Source: an uncultured Chloroflexia bacterium
GTDB taxonomy: Bacteria; Chloroflexota; Limnocylindria; Limnocylindrales; CSP1-4
Assembly (NCBI GenBank): GCA_963828165.1
Contig: CAWHDR010000001.1
Coordinates: 1,600,001 to 1,664,000, forward strand
Direction: 5' to 3'
DNA length: 64,000 bases
Every line of letters begins with the position of its first letter. Position 1 is the first letter of the stretch. Below are positions 19,143 through 29,025 of this stretch, one piece after another. The position numbers and the translations under genes are program-made. The notes below the pieces were generated by a model, which worked only from the letters and a program-made list of their open reading frames with translations, was not told where the DNA came from and did no database searches.

Positions 19143-20246
19143 ATGCCCCGACACCTCGCCCACGTCATCGGCGCTCGCCCGAATTTCATCAAGGCGGCAC
19201 CGGTCATCCGGGCCCTGCGCGAGCGCGGCGTACCCCAGCGGATCGTGCACACCGGCCAGCACTACGACGAGCTGATGTCGGACGTGTTCTTCCGCGATCT
19301 CGAGATCCCGGCGCCGGACGTGAACCTCGCCGTCGGCTCGGGGACGCACGGGGAGCAGACCGCAGCGGCGATGGTCGGTCTCGAGCGCGAATGGACGGCC
19401 GATCCGCCGGCCCTCGCCGTCCTCTACGGCGACGTCAACAGCACACTCGCCGCGAGTCTCGTGGCGGCCAAGCTTGGCGTACCGAGCGCACACGTCGAGG
19501 CCGGACTGCGCTCGTTCGACCGCTCGATGCCCGAGGAGATCAACCGGGTCGTCAGCGACCTGCTGGCGGAGCTGCACTTCACGACGAGCCCGGAAGCGGA
19601 GGGCCTGCTGCGGGCGAGTGGCGTCCCCGCGGACCGGATCCGCTTCGTCGGCAATCCGATGATCGACACGCTGCTCGTGCAGCGCGCACAGTTCGATCCG
19701 GCCGGCGAGCGCGAGCGTCTCGGACTGCCGGAGGCGTACGGGGTCGTGACGCTGCACCGGCCCTCGAACGTGGACGGCGAGGCGAGCGCTCGCGCGGTGG
19801 TGGCGGCGCTCGACGGCCTCTCGGCGCTGCTGGCGCTCGTGATCCCGCTGCACCCGCGCGGACGATCCACGCTGGAGGCGGCGGGTCTGCGCGACAGCGA
19901 TCGACTGCGCATCGTGGAGCCGCTGGGGTACGTGGCGTTCCTGTCGCTCGTCGCCGGGGCGCGGCTCGTCCTCACGGACTCGGGCGGGATCCAGGAGGAG
20001 ACGACGATGCTCGACGTCCCGTGCCTGACGATGCGGCCCAACACGGAACGGCCGATCACGATCTCGCACGGCACGAACCGGCTGGTCGCGCCCGGCGAGG
20101 TGGTGCCGGCCGCGCGCGAGATCCTGGATGGACCGGTGCGGCCAGGCGGTCCGCGACCGCCCTTGTGGGATGGTCACGCGGGCGACCGGATCGCAGACGA
20201 GATCGTCGACTGGCTGGCGCTTCGCGCGGCCGGTTCCGCCGCCTGA
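19143..20246 (+). CDS. wecB: UDP-N-acetylglucosamine 2-epimerase (non-hydrolysing)
   Basis: GARPNFIK, HTGQHYD, HVEAGLRSFDRSMPEEINR, TDSGGIQEE. Confidence 0.9.
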   Translation: MPRHLAHVIGARPNFIKAAPVIRALRERGVPQRIVHTGQHYDELMSDVFFRDLEIPAPDVNLAVGSGTHGEQTAAAMVGLEREWTADPPALAVLYGDVNSTLAASLVAAKLGVPSAHVEAGLRSFDRSMPEEINRVVSDLLAELHFTTSPEAEGLLRASGVPADRIRFVGNPMIDTLLVQRAQFDPAGERERLGLPEAYGVVTLHRPSNVDGEASARAVVAALDGLSALLALVIPLHPRGRSTLEAAGLRDSDRLRIVEPLGYVAFLSLVAGARLVLTDSGGIQEETTMLDVPCLTMRPNTERPITISHGTNRLVAPGEVVPAAREILDGPVRPGGPRPPLWDGHAGDRIADEIVDWLALRAAGSAA

Positions 20247-20247
20247 C

Positions 20248-21342
20248 ATGCGGCTGGCGAACGTGGTCGGCACACGGCCGCAGCTCATCAAGGCCGCGGC
20301 CCTCCAGTCGGCGCTGCGCGAGCGGAACGACGAGGTCTTCATCGATACCGGGCAGCACTGGGACGAGGCGATGGCGGGCAGCTTCTTTCGCGAGCTCGGG
20401 CTGCGGCCGCCCGACGTGACGCTGGGCCTCGGCGGTGGGACCGGGGCCGAGCAGACCGGCCGGATGCTGGTCGCGCTGGAGGGGACGCTGCGAGACGTTG
20501 CGCCCGATGCGGTCGTGGTCTACGGCGATACGAACTCGACGCTGTCCGCGACGCTCGTGGCGGCCAAGATGGACGTGCCAGTCGCGCATGTGGAAGCCGG
20601 ACTGCGCTCGTTCGATCGCCGGATGCCGGAGGAGGTGAACCGCATCGTCACGGATCACCTGGCGCGCTGGTGCTTCGCCCCGACCAATGCCGCCGTCGAG
20701 AACCTCGCCGCCGAGGGTCTGACCGACGGCGTCCATCTCGTCGGCGACGTCATGCGGGACCTGGCCGCGCGGACCCTGGCGGAGGTGCGCCAGCCGTCAG
20801 CGCTCGCGGGTCTGGCCGGCGGTGGGCTGCGCACTGGCGAGTTCCTCTTCGCGACCGTCCATCGAGCCGAGAACCGCTCGCCGGACGCGATCCGCGGCTG
20901 GGTCGGGCTGCTGGAGGCATTGGCCCGTGCCGATCGACCGGTCGTACTCGCCCTGCATCCGGGGACGCGGGCCGCGATCGACGCGCTCGGCCTCGAGTCG
21001 AGCCCGAACGTCATCGTTGTCGAACCGCTTGGCTACCGCAGCTCGCTGGCCGCTCAGCTGCACGCGGCGGCCGTCGTGACCGACTCGGGTGGGGTGCAGC
21101 GCGAGGCCGCCTGGCTCGGAACGCCCTGCCTCGTGCTTCGCAGCTCGACGGAATGGCTCGAGACGACCCAGGGTGACGAGGCCACCTCGGTCCTGGTCGG
21201 CACCGACGCGATGCTGGCGCGCGAAGCGCTCGATCGACTGGCGCCGCCCGACCAGGCTCCGGCCGACGCCGCGCGACGGGCGCGGGATCAGACCATCGAG
21301 ACGGACGGCGCGACGGGTTCGATCGCGAGGCTCATCGCGTGA
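20248..21342 (+). CDS. wecB: Second UDP-GlcNAc 2-epimerase (non-hydrolysing, WbpI-like)
   Basis: GTRPQLIK, YGDTNST, HVEAGLRSFDRRMPEEVNR, HRAEN, TDSGGVQREA. Confidence 0.88.
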   Translation: MRLANVVGTRPQLIKAAALQSALRERNDEVFIDTGQHWDEAMAGSFFRELGLRPPDVTLGLGGGTGAEQTGRMLVALEGTLRDVAPDAVVVYGDTNSTLSATLVAAKMDVPVAHVEAGLRSFDRRMPEEVNRIVTDHLARWCFAPTNAAVENLAAEGLTDGVHLVGDVMRDLAARTLAEVRQPSALAGLAGGGLRTGEFLFATVHRAENRSPDAIRGWVGLLEALARADRPVVLALHPGTRAAIDALGLESSPNVIVVEPLGYRSSLAAQLHAAAVVTDSGGVQREAAWLGTPCLVLRSSTEWLETTQGDEATSVLVGTDAMLAREALDRLAPPDQAPADAARRARDQTIETDGATGSIARLIA

Positions 21343-22799
21343 GCGACCGAGCCGGGACGGAGGGCGTGGCGCCCGGCTTCGGATCGCCCGAGCCGATCGT
21401 CCCGCAGCACCTCGTGCTCGTGCTGCCCACGACCGGCGAGTTCGACTCGCGGACATACCGGATCGCGACGACCTGCCTCGCCCGTGGTCACACCGTGACC
21501 GTGCTGTCACGGCACAAGGGCGACCTGCCCTGGCGTGAGGACCATCCCGCGGGATTCACGATCATCCGCGTCCTCGCCACGGCCGAGGATGGGATGCCGC
21601 TGCGCCGTCTGGTGCGGGCCGGCCGCGTGCTCGTCCGGCGGCTGGAATCCATCGTCACCCGCCGCCCGTATGTCCCGCCCAGCGTCCCGCGGGCCGTGGC
21701 GGCGGCGCCACCACCACCGCCGGGCACCGGCGTGGACGGTGCGCCGGCCGCGACGAAGGGCGTCATGGACTCCCCGGCCGAGACAAAGAGCCGCGTCCCG
21801 TTGCACGTTCGAGGCTGGATGGGCATCTACCGTCGGCTCGCCATCCCGCTGCAGATCCGCTCGCATCGCAAGAACGCCCGGAAGGTGGCGCCCCGCGGCG
21901 ACCTCGTCCACGGGATGGCGTTCATGGGCATCCCGGTCGCCCTGACCGTGGCCAAGCGCGACGGCATTCCGGTCGTCTACGACGCCCGGGACATCCACCT
22001 CGACGCTCGGAACATGGCGCGCATGGGACGGCCCGCGCGCTGGTTCCTTGGCCGGGCCGAACGCGGCTGGGCCGGGGCCTCGAGCAAGGTCATCACCGTC
22101 AACGACTCATACGCCGACGTGCTCGCGTCCCGCTGGCCGGGCGGGCGCCCACTGGTCGTCATGAACTGCTCCTACCGGTTCACGCCGCCGGTGCCGCGCG
22201 AGCGACGTTTCCACGCGGCCCTCGGGCTCCCGGAGAGCCAGCGGGTGGTCCTGTACCACGGCGGCCTGTTCCCCTGGCGTGGCATCGAGCAGCTGATCGA
22301 GGCCATCCGTGACATCCCCGACGCCACGCTCGTGCTGATGGGGTATGGCGTCCTCGAGCCGACGCTCCGCGCGTGGGAGGCGGACCCGGCACTCGGCGGG
22401 AGAGTCCGGGTGATGGGCCCCGTGCCGCCCGCCGAGCTGCACGACTGGGTGGCCAGCGCCGACGTCGTCGGGATGCCCATCCAGGGCGACACGCTCAACC
22501 ATCGGCTCACGACCCCGAACAAGCTGTTCGAGGCGATGGCCGCGGGCGTTCCGGCCGTCGTGTCCGACCTGCCCGGGATGAGCGCGGTGGTCAAGGATGC
22601 GGGCTCCGGGGTGCTCGTCGACCCGACGGACACGGTCGCGATCGCGGCGGCTATCCGCCAGATCCTCGACCTGCCAGAGGCCGAATGGCTGGCCTGGAGC
22701 CAGCGCTGCGTCGCGGCGGCGCACGACCGCTACAACTGGGAGACCCAGGTCGAGCGGCTCCTCGACGCCTACACCGAGCTGACCGGGAAGCGCTGGTGA
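21339..22799 (+). CDS. Glycosyltransferase family 4 protein
   Basis: VVYDARDI, LYHGGLFPWRGIE, PNKLFEAMAAGVPAVVSDLPG. Confidence 0.88.
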   Translation: MSDRAGTEGVAPGFGSPEPIVPQHLVLVLPTTGEFDSRTYRIATTCLARGHTVTVLSRHKGDLPWREDHPAGFTIIRVLATAEDGMPLRRLVRAGRVLVRRLESIVTRRPYVPPSVPRAVAAAPPPPPGTGVDGAPAATKGVMDSPAETKSRVPLHVRGWMGIYRRLAIPLQIRSHRKNARKVAPRGDLVHGMAFMGIPVALTVAKRDGIPVVYDARDIHLDARNMARMGRPARWFLGRAERGWAGASSKVITVNDSYADVLASRWPGGRPLVVMNCSYRFTPPVPRERRFHAALGLPESQRVVLYHGGLFPWRGIEQLIEAIRDIPDATLVLMGYGVLEPTLRAWEADPALGGRVRVMGPVPPAELHDWVASADVVGMPIQGDTLNHRLTTPNKLFEAMAAGVPAVVSDLPGMSAVVKDAGSGVLVDPTDTVAIAAAIRQILDLPEAEWLAWSQRCVAAAHDRYNWETQVERLLDAYTELTGKRW

Positions 22800-24119
22800 T
22801 CGACGGCACGACCACCGAGCGCGCCGGGCCCGCCCGCCGGCCTCGTGCTGTCGTGCTGGTCGGCAACACCGCGAGCCCGTACTCGCGGGCCATCCGCCTG
22901 GGGCGCGCCCTGGTCGACGAGGGGTACGCGGTCGAGATCGCGTCGGCTCACGAGCCCGGTCTTGCGCTCGAGGAACGCGAGGGCGACATCGTGCTGCGGC
23001 GCTATCCGGCGAGCGGTGTCTTCGGTCGCTTGACGGCCGTCGATCGAGCGGGGCCAGGTGCCGCCGGGACCGTCGGGCGCCGCCCGCTGCCGTCGCGACT
23101 CCTGCGGGCGCTTCGCTCGGGACCGGCCGAATGGATCCTCTGGCCCCATACGGTCCGTGGCTGGTGGCACACCCTGGCCACGGAACTCGCGCCAGCGGAC
23201 CTCTATCATTCGTGCGGGACGTTGCCCATCGCAGCCGCACTCGCGGCCCGGCGGCGCGATCGCAAGGCCGGGCGCGATCCGAAGGTCATCTTCGACGTGA
23301 TCGATATCACCACCGAGTCGAACAACGTCCTGCGCATCCCGGGCCTCGTCCGTCGGCTGCTCGCCCGGCGCGAGCGGGGCTGGGCCCGGGCGGCCGATGC
23401 CCACACCGCGGTCAACGACGCGTTCGCCGACTGGGCGGTCCGCCACTGGCGGCTCGAGCGACGACCGACGGTCGTGCCCAACTACCCCGAGCCATGGACG
23501 CCCACCGGCCGGGCCGCGCCCGGACCGCATCCGCGCCGCGACCGGCCTCCCCGCGACGACCCGGATCTGCCTGTTCTGGGGACGCCTGGGGCCCTACGTC
23601 GGGCTCGACCAGGCGGCCGAGGCGGTGCTCCTGGTGCCCGACACGGCGCTCGTGCTGCTGGGCTTCGGGCGGGGCTGGGCGGCGAGCGTGGCGCGCGACG
23701 CCGAGCCGCGCTTCGCCGGGCGCCACTTCACCCTGCCCGCCGTGCACCCCGACGAGCTGCCGGCCTGGGTCGCCTCGGCCGATGTCGCGATGAACAGCCT
23801 GCCGCCCCTGTCGTACAGCAGCCGCTACACCTTCCTCAACAAGTTCTTCGAGGCCATGACCGGCGGCCTGCCGATGGTCCTTGGGCCCGACCTGCCGACG
23901 ATGGAGGCGGTCCTGCGCCAGGAGGACCTGGGGCGCGTGGCGGCGTCGATGGAGCCGGCCGCCATCGCGGCCGCCATCCGCGCCATCCTCGATCTCGACC
24001 CGGCCGAGCGCGACGCCTGGCGGGCGCGCATCGCGGCCACCGCCCGCCAGCACTACAGCTGGCCCATCGCCGCGGCCGCCTATCGCGAGCTCGTCCGCGG
24101 GCTGGGGGCGCCGGCATGA
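22796..24119 (+). CDS. Glycosyltransferase family 4 protein (paralog 1), 1-bp frameshift at ~23499
   Basis: AVVLVGNTASPYSRAIR N-terminus; TGGACGCCC versus TGGAGCCC in the identical copy at 26158; C-terminus NKFFEAMTGG. Confidence 0.8.
23349..24110 (+). repeat. ~760-bp near-identical direct repeat, copy 1
   Basis: Matches 26012-26772 except one inserted base and about two synonymous changes seen by eye. Confidence 0.9.
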
Positions 24120-25498
24120 CCGGACCCGCGCCGGGCCCACGTCCCGATCCGGCCCTGGCACCGAAGCCGGTTCCGGCGCCCGATCCTGCCCGCCCCACAC
24201 CGCCCGCGAAGCGTCGGCGCGCCGTGATCCTGGTGGGCAACCCCGCCAATCCCTACTCGCGCGCCATCCGTATCGGGCGGACGCTGTCCGAGCAGGGTTT
24301 CGACGTCGAGATCGCCGCGACGTTCGAGGAGGACGCCCCGCTGGAAGAGCACCACGGCGACATCGTCCTGCGGCGCTACCCGCCCACCGGGCGGTTCGCG
24401 AGCGTCGCCGCGACGTATGGGAAGGTGCCGCCACGACGGCTGTCGCTCTTCGCCCGGATCCTCCGTGCCCCGAAGATGCGCTTCGTCGCGTGGTTCTACT
24501 GGCCGCACATCGTCCGTGGCTGGTGGCACACGCTGTCCACGGAGCTCGAACCCGCCGACCTGTACCACTCCTGTGGCACGTTGCCGATCGCCGCTGCGCT
24601 CGCCGCCCGGGAGCGCGATCGACGGGCGGGCCGTGACTCCAAGGTCATCCTCGATGTCATCGATATCACGATGGAGTCCAACAACGTCCTCCGGATCCCG
24701 ACGCTCATCCGACGGATGCTCGGTCGACGGGAGCGGGGATGGGCGCGGCGCGCGGACGCCCACACGGCAGTGAACGAGGTGTTCGCCAGGAAGGCCGCGG
24801 CGCGCTGGCGTCTCGCCCGTCAGCCAACGGTCGTCCCGAACTACCCCGAGCCGTGGGACCCGGCCCCCGGCACACCACCGGCCGATCGCATCCGCGCGGT
24901 CACCGGGCTGCCGCCAAGCACCAGGATCTGTCTGTTCTGGGGTCGTCTCGGGCCGTACGTCGGGCTGGACCAGGCCGCGGAGGCCGTGCTGCAAGTCCCG
25001 GACACGGCCCTCGTGGTCATCGGGTTCGGCCGCGGCTGGGACCGCAGCGTCGCCCGCGACGCGGACCCGAAGTACGCCGGTCGCCACTTCACGCTGCCGG
25101 TGGTCCATCCCGACGAGCTCGCCTCGTGGGTCGCGTCGGCGGACGTCGCCTTGTGCACGCTGCCGCCGCTGTCCTACAACCAGCGGTTCACGACGCCGAA
25201 CAAGTTCCTCGAGGCGATGGCCGGCGGGACGCCGATCGTGCTGGGGCCCAGGCTCCCCACGATGGAGAAGCTGCTCCGCCGCGAGGATCTCGGCCGGGTG
25301 GCCGCGTCGATGGAACCCGCCGACATCGCAGCCGCCATCCGCCAGATCCTCGACCTTCCCGCGGCGGAGCGGGCAGCGTGGCGGGAACGCATCGCGGCCA
25401 CGGCCCGAGCGAACTACAGCTGGCCGCTCGCCGCGAACGCGTACACGGGCCTCGTGGCGTCGCTGGGGCTGATCGACCCACCTCCGGCGACCACATGA
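24116..25498 (+). CDS. Glycosyltransferase family 4 protein (paralog 2)
   Basis: AVILVGNPANPYSRAIR, LFWGRLGPYVG, PNKFLEAMAGG; ATGA overlap. Confidence 0.85.
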   Translation: MTGPAPGPRPDPALAPKPVPAPDPARPTPPAKRRRAVILVGNPANPYSRAIRIGRTLSEQGFDVEIAATFEEDAPLEEHHGDIVLRRYPPTGRFASVAATYGKVPPRRLSLFARILRAPKMRFVAWFYWPHIVRGWWHTLSTELEPADLYHSCGTLPIAAALAARERDRRAGRDSKVILDVIDITMESNNVLRIPTLIRRMLGRRERGWARRADAHTAVNEVFARKAAARWRLARQPTVVPNYPEPWDPAPGTPPADRIRAVTGLPPSTRICLFWGRLGPYVGLDQAAEAVLQVPDTALVVIGFGRGWDRSVARDADPKYAGRHFTLPVVHPDELASWVASADVALCTLPPLSYNQRFTTPNKFLEAMAGGTPIVLGPRLPTMEKLLRREDLGRVAASMEPADIAAAIRQILDLPAAERAAWRERIAATARANYSWPLAANAYTGLVASLGLIDPPPATT

Positions 25499-26799
25499 CC
25501 CGGCGTCGGGCGGTCATCCTCGTCGGGAACCCCGCGAGACCGTACTCGCGGGCCATCCGCCTGGGGCGCGCCCTGCTCGACGAGGGCTACGAGGTCGAGA
25601 TCGCGGCCACGCACGAGGAGGGCGCTCCGCTCGAGGAACGTGACGGGGACATCGTGCTGCGGCGGTATCCGGCGATTGGCCCCTTCGCTGGCCTCGCGGC
25701 GTCGCACGGCAAGCGGGTGCCGGCCGCCGCACCGGCTCGCCGGCCACCGATGCCCGTCCGCGTCTTTCGGGCGCAGAAAGCCAGGCTGACCGAGTGGATC
25801 CTTTGGCCACAGACCGTGCGCGGCTACTGGGCGACGCTGGCCCGGGACCTCAAGCCCGCCGACCTGTATCACGCCTGCGGGACCCTCCCGATCGCCGCGG
25901 CCCTGTCCGCGCGAGCGCGCGACCGCAAGGCTGGCCGGACGTCAACGGTGATCTTCGACGTCATCGACATCACGCTCCGATCGAATAATTCGATGCGGTT
26001 GCCATCGACGATCCGTCGGCTGCTCGCCCGGCGCGAGCGGGGCTGGGCCCGGGCGGCCGATGCCCACACCGCGGTCAACGACGCGTTCGCCGACTGGGCG
26101 GTCCGCCACTGGCGGCTCGAGCGACGACCGACGGTCGTGCCCAACTACCCCGAGCCATGGAGCCCACCGGCCGGGCCGCGCCCGGACCGCATCCGCGCCG
26201 CGACCGGCCTCCCCGCGACGACCCGGATCTGCCTGTTCTGGGGACGCCTGGGGCCCTACGTCGGGCTCGACCAGGCGGCCGAGGCGGTGCTCCTGGTGCC
26301 CGACACGGCGCTCGTGCTGCTGGGCTTCGGGCGGGGCTGGGCGGCGAGCGTGGCGCGCGACGCCGAGCCGCGCTTCGCCGGGCGCCACTTCACCCTGCCC
26401 GCCGTGCACCCCGACGAGCTGCCGGCCTGGGTCGCCTCGGCCGATGTCGCCATGAACAGCCTGCCGCCCCTGTCGTACAGCAGCCGCTACACCTTCCTCA
26501 ACAAGTTCTTCGAGGCCATGACCGGCGGCCTGCCGATGGTCCTTGGGCCCGACCTGCCGACGATGGAGGCGGTCCTGCGCCAGGAGGACCTGGGGCGCGT
26601 GGCGGCGTCGATGGAGCCGGCCGCCATCGCGGCCGCCATCCGCGCCATCCTCGATCTCGACCCGGCCGAGCGCGACGCCTGGCGGGCGCGCATCGCGGCC
26701 ACCGCCCGCCAGCACTACAGCTGGCCCATCGCCGCGGCCGCCTATCGCGAGCTTGTCCGCGGGCTGGGGGCGGGGTCAGCTGGTGGCGACCGCTCCTGA
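25495..26799 (+). CDS. Glycosyltransferase family 4 protein (paralog 3)
   Basis: AVILVGNPARPYSRAIR, LFWGRLGPYVG, NKFFEAMTGG; ATGA overlap. Confidence 0.85.
   Translation: MTRRRAVILVGNPARPYSRAIRLGRALLDEGYEVEIAATHEEGAPLEERDGDIVLRRYPAIGPFAGLAASHGKRVPAAAPARRPPMPVRVFRAQKARLTEWILWPQTVRGYWATLARDLKPADLYHACGTLPIAAALSARARDRKAGRTSTVIFDVIDITLRSNNSMRLPSTIRRLLARRERGWARAADAHTAVNDAFADWAVRHWRLERRPTVVPNYPEPWSPPAGPRPDRIRAATGLPATTRICLFWGRLGPYVGLDQAAEAVLLVPDTALVLLGFGRGWAASVARDAEPRFAGRHFTLPAVHPDELPAWVASADVAMNSLPPLSYSSRYTFLNKFFEAMTGGLPMVLGPDLPTMEAVLRQEDLGRVAASMEPAAIAAAIRAILDLDPAERDAWRARIAATARQHYSWPIAAAAYRELVRGLGAGSAGGDRS
26012..26772 (+). repeat. ~760-bp near-identical direct repeat, copy 2
   Basis: Matches 23349-24110. 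Confidence 0.9.
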
Positions 26800-27372
26800 C
26801 GCGACCCCGATGAGGTCGAGCAATGCCTGGTCGGAGCGCCTGACCTCCACGAGCGTCAGCGGGTGGAGGATGGCCCGGATCATCGGCTCCGAAAGCGGTG
26901 GCTGGTGGGCGGTCAGCGCGGCCAGCACGAGCCGGCGCGGGATGCCGGGCTCGGCGGCCAGATCCTGATCGAAGGCCTCGAGGCGTCCAGCGAGCGCCTC
27001 GGGATGCCGGTCCGCGCCCAGCACGACGTCGACCTTCTCGTCCGGCCACAGGCCAAGCTCGTATCGGGCCGCCAGCCAGGCGCCATCGCCTCGGGGCGCA
27101 CCGACATTTCCGAGGTCGGTCGCGGCGCGAACCACACGGGCGCCAACCGCCCGGGCGACGCCCAGCGCAGCGGCCTCGGCTTCGGGACCGTTCACGCGGA
27201 CCAGCGCGATGCCATGATCCCAGGCCGCGGTCGCATCGAACCTGGTCGTGCCGCGAGCGACCCATACGGCCGGCGCGGCAACACGGGCCGCCTCCAGGGT
27301 GCGCAAGGCGGCGGTCGTGGCCAGCGCCGCACTCGCGCCATCGGTGGCGATGCCGCGCCGGACGAGGTTCAC
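26776..27372 (-). CDS. Hypothetical protein
   Basis: GTG start overlaps the stop of the upstream GT4 (GTGA); no motif recognised. Confidence 0.55.
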   Translation of the reverse strand: MNLVRRGIATDGASAALATTAALRTLEAARVAAPAVWVARGTTRFDATAAWDHGIALVRVNGPEAEAAALGVARAVGARVVRAATDLGNVGAPRGDGAWLAARYELGLWPDEKVDVVLGADRHPEALAGRLEAFDQDLAAEPGIPRRLVLAALTAHQPPLSEPMIRAILHPLTLVEVRRSDQALLDLIGVASGAVATS

Positions 27373-29003
27373 GAGGGGTCCTCGGGCTGCCGTCGGTCTC
27401 GTCGCCCAGCCAGCACGGACTCGTAGATCTCGGTCCAGCGCGGGCCGTTGGACGCCCAGGTCCGCTCGCGCGTGACCCATTCGCGTCCGTTCTCGCCCAG
27501 CCGGGCGGCAAGATCCGGGTGGTCCATCAACCGGACCACGGCCGCCGCCAGCGCCATCGCGTCCTCGGGCCGATAGGCAAGGGAGCGCTCGCCATCGGGG
27601 GCGACCTCGGTGAGCGCCGGCAGGTCCGCGACGATCATGGGTCGGCCCATGGCCATGGCCTCGAACGGCTTGAGCGGCGTGACCAGCCGCGCGGCGCGCT
27701 CGTCCCGACGCGGGACGACGAAGGCATCGAGCAGCGCGTACATCGCCGGGACCTCGTCGTGCGGTACGGCGCCGGTGAAGACGATCCGGTCCGCGGCGCC
27801 AGAGGCCGCGGCGACAGCCTCCACCTCGGCCCGGCGCTTGCCCTCCCCGACGATCAGGCACGCGACATCCCGCCCGGCCTTGGCCAGGATCGCCGTCGCC
27901 TCGATGAGGGTCTCCTGGCCCTCGCGCACGTGGTCGAGATTGCTCACGTACCCGATGACGAACCGCCCGCCCAGGCCATACCGTGCGCGCAGTTCTGGAT
28001 CTGGCGAGCGCGGCTGGAACGCCTCGGGATCCACGCCGTTGGGCACGATGTGGACACGGTCGGCCGGAACGCCACGGGCCACCATGTCCGACTTCATCGT
28101 GGCGGCCAGCGTCACGATGGCGTCCGCCGCGAGCATCGTGCGCACCTCGGTCGCGTCGCGGCGCCGATAGCGCTCGCGCGTCGAGGTGGCGTCGGACACG
28201 GATCCCGACGCCGACCCGGCCGGAGCCGGGCCATCGAACAACGAGCGAACCTCGTAGACGACCGGCAGGTCCAGGTGCTCACCGAGGGCCAGCCCGACGA
28301 GGGCGGTCTCGTAGCCGCGTCCCCCCGACGAGGCGTGCACGATCGCGGGCCGCTCCTCCCGGGCGACCGCGGCGGCGCGCCAGGCGTAATCCTCCAGGTA
28401 CAGGTCGGCCGGGCCATCGGACGGATAGCCGGCGCCCAGATCCAGCCGATGGTGGCGGATGCCGTCGACCTCGTCGACGGGCGCGACCGAGGTGCCGCCC
28501 GAGCGCGGGAAGCCGAGGGCCGTGACGACGACCGGGTCCCAGCCAGCGGCTCGCTGGGCGAGCAGGTTGTCGTGGCTGCGCATCGTGAAGCCGTTCTGGC
28601 GCTGCGGCCGCGACTCCTTGAGCAGGTGCAGGATGACGCGATCGGATCGAGGCTTGGTCGGCTGGCGGTCGCCACGGACGCGGGGTCGCCAGCGCGCGTC
28701 GGTCTCGGCCAGGTCGCCGTGCAAACGACGCTCCGTCTCGGCCAGGGCGTCGCCCCCGCCCGTTCGGCGCAACGCGGCGATGGTCGCGGCGACGTTGCTC
28801 ATGTCCCCGCGCGCGGAGAATGCACGGCGCCGGATGCCCAGCACGGCGCGGTCGCCGGGATGCTCGCGGATCATCGACTCGGTCAGCTCGAGTGCGAGAT
28901 CGGCGTTGCCGGCGGCGAGTGCTCCCTCGGCCTCGCGCACCCCCGAGCGCAGGCTCGCAAGCCGGCGGCCGACGGCTGCTGAGAGGCGGTTTACGGTCGG
29001 CAT
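27369..29003 (-). CDS. Glycosyltransferase family 4 protein with N-terminal helical extension
   Basis: LPVVYEVR, IVPNGVD, LVTPLKPFEAMAMGRP. Confidence 0.88.
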   Translation of the reverse strand: MPTVNRLSAAVGRRLASLRSGVREAEGALAAGNADLALELTESMIREHPGDRAVLGIRRRAFSARGDMSNVAATIAALRRTGGGDALAETERRLHGDLAETDARWRPRVRGDRQPTKPRSDRVILHLLKESRPQRQNGFTMRSHDNLLAQRAAGWDPVVVTALGFPRSGGTSVAPVDEVDGIRHHRLDLGAGYPSDGPADLYLEDYAWRAAAVAREERPAIVHASSGGRGYETALVGLALGEHLDLPVVYEVRSLFDGPAPAGSASGSVSDATSTRERYRRRDATEVRTMLAADAIVTLAATMKSDMVARGVPADRVHIVPNGVDPEAFQPRSPDPELRARYGLGGRFVIGYVSNLDHVREGQETLIEATAILAKAGRDVACLIVGEGKRRAEVEAVAAASGAADRIVFTGAVPHDEVPAMYALLDAFVVPRRDERAARLVTPLKPFEAMAMGRPMIVADLPALTEVAPDGERSLAYRPEDAMALAAAVVRLMDHPDLAARLGENGREWVTRERTWASNGPRWTEIYESVLAGRRDRRQPEDPS

Positions 29004-29025
29004 CGTCGCCCGCCTGGCGGGGCGA

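Noticed and set aside
22373-25498. 1041-aa ORF as one giant glycosyltransferase
   Set aside because: The 1-bp insertion at ~23499 artificially joins paralog 1 to paralog 2, which has its own ATG at 24116.
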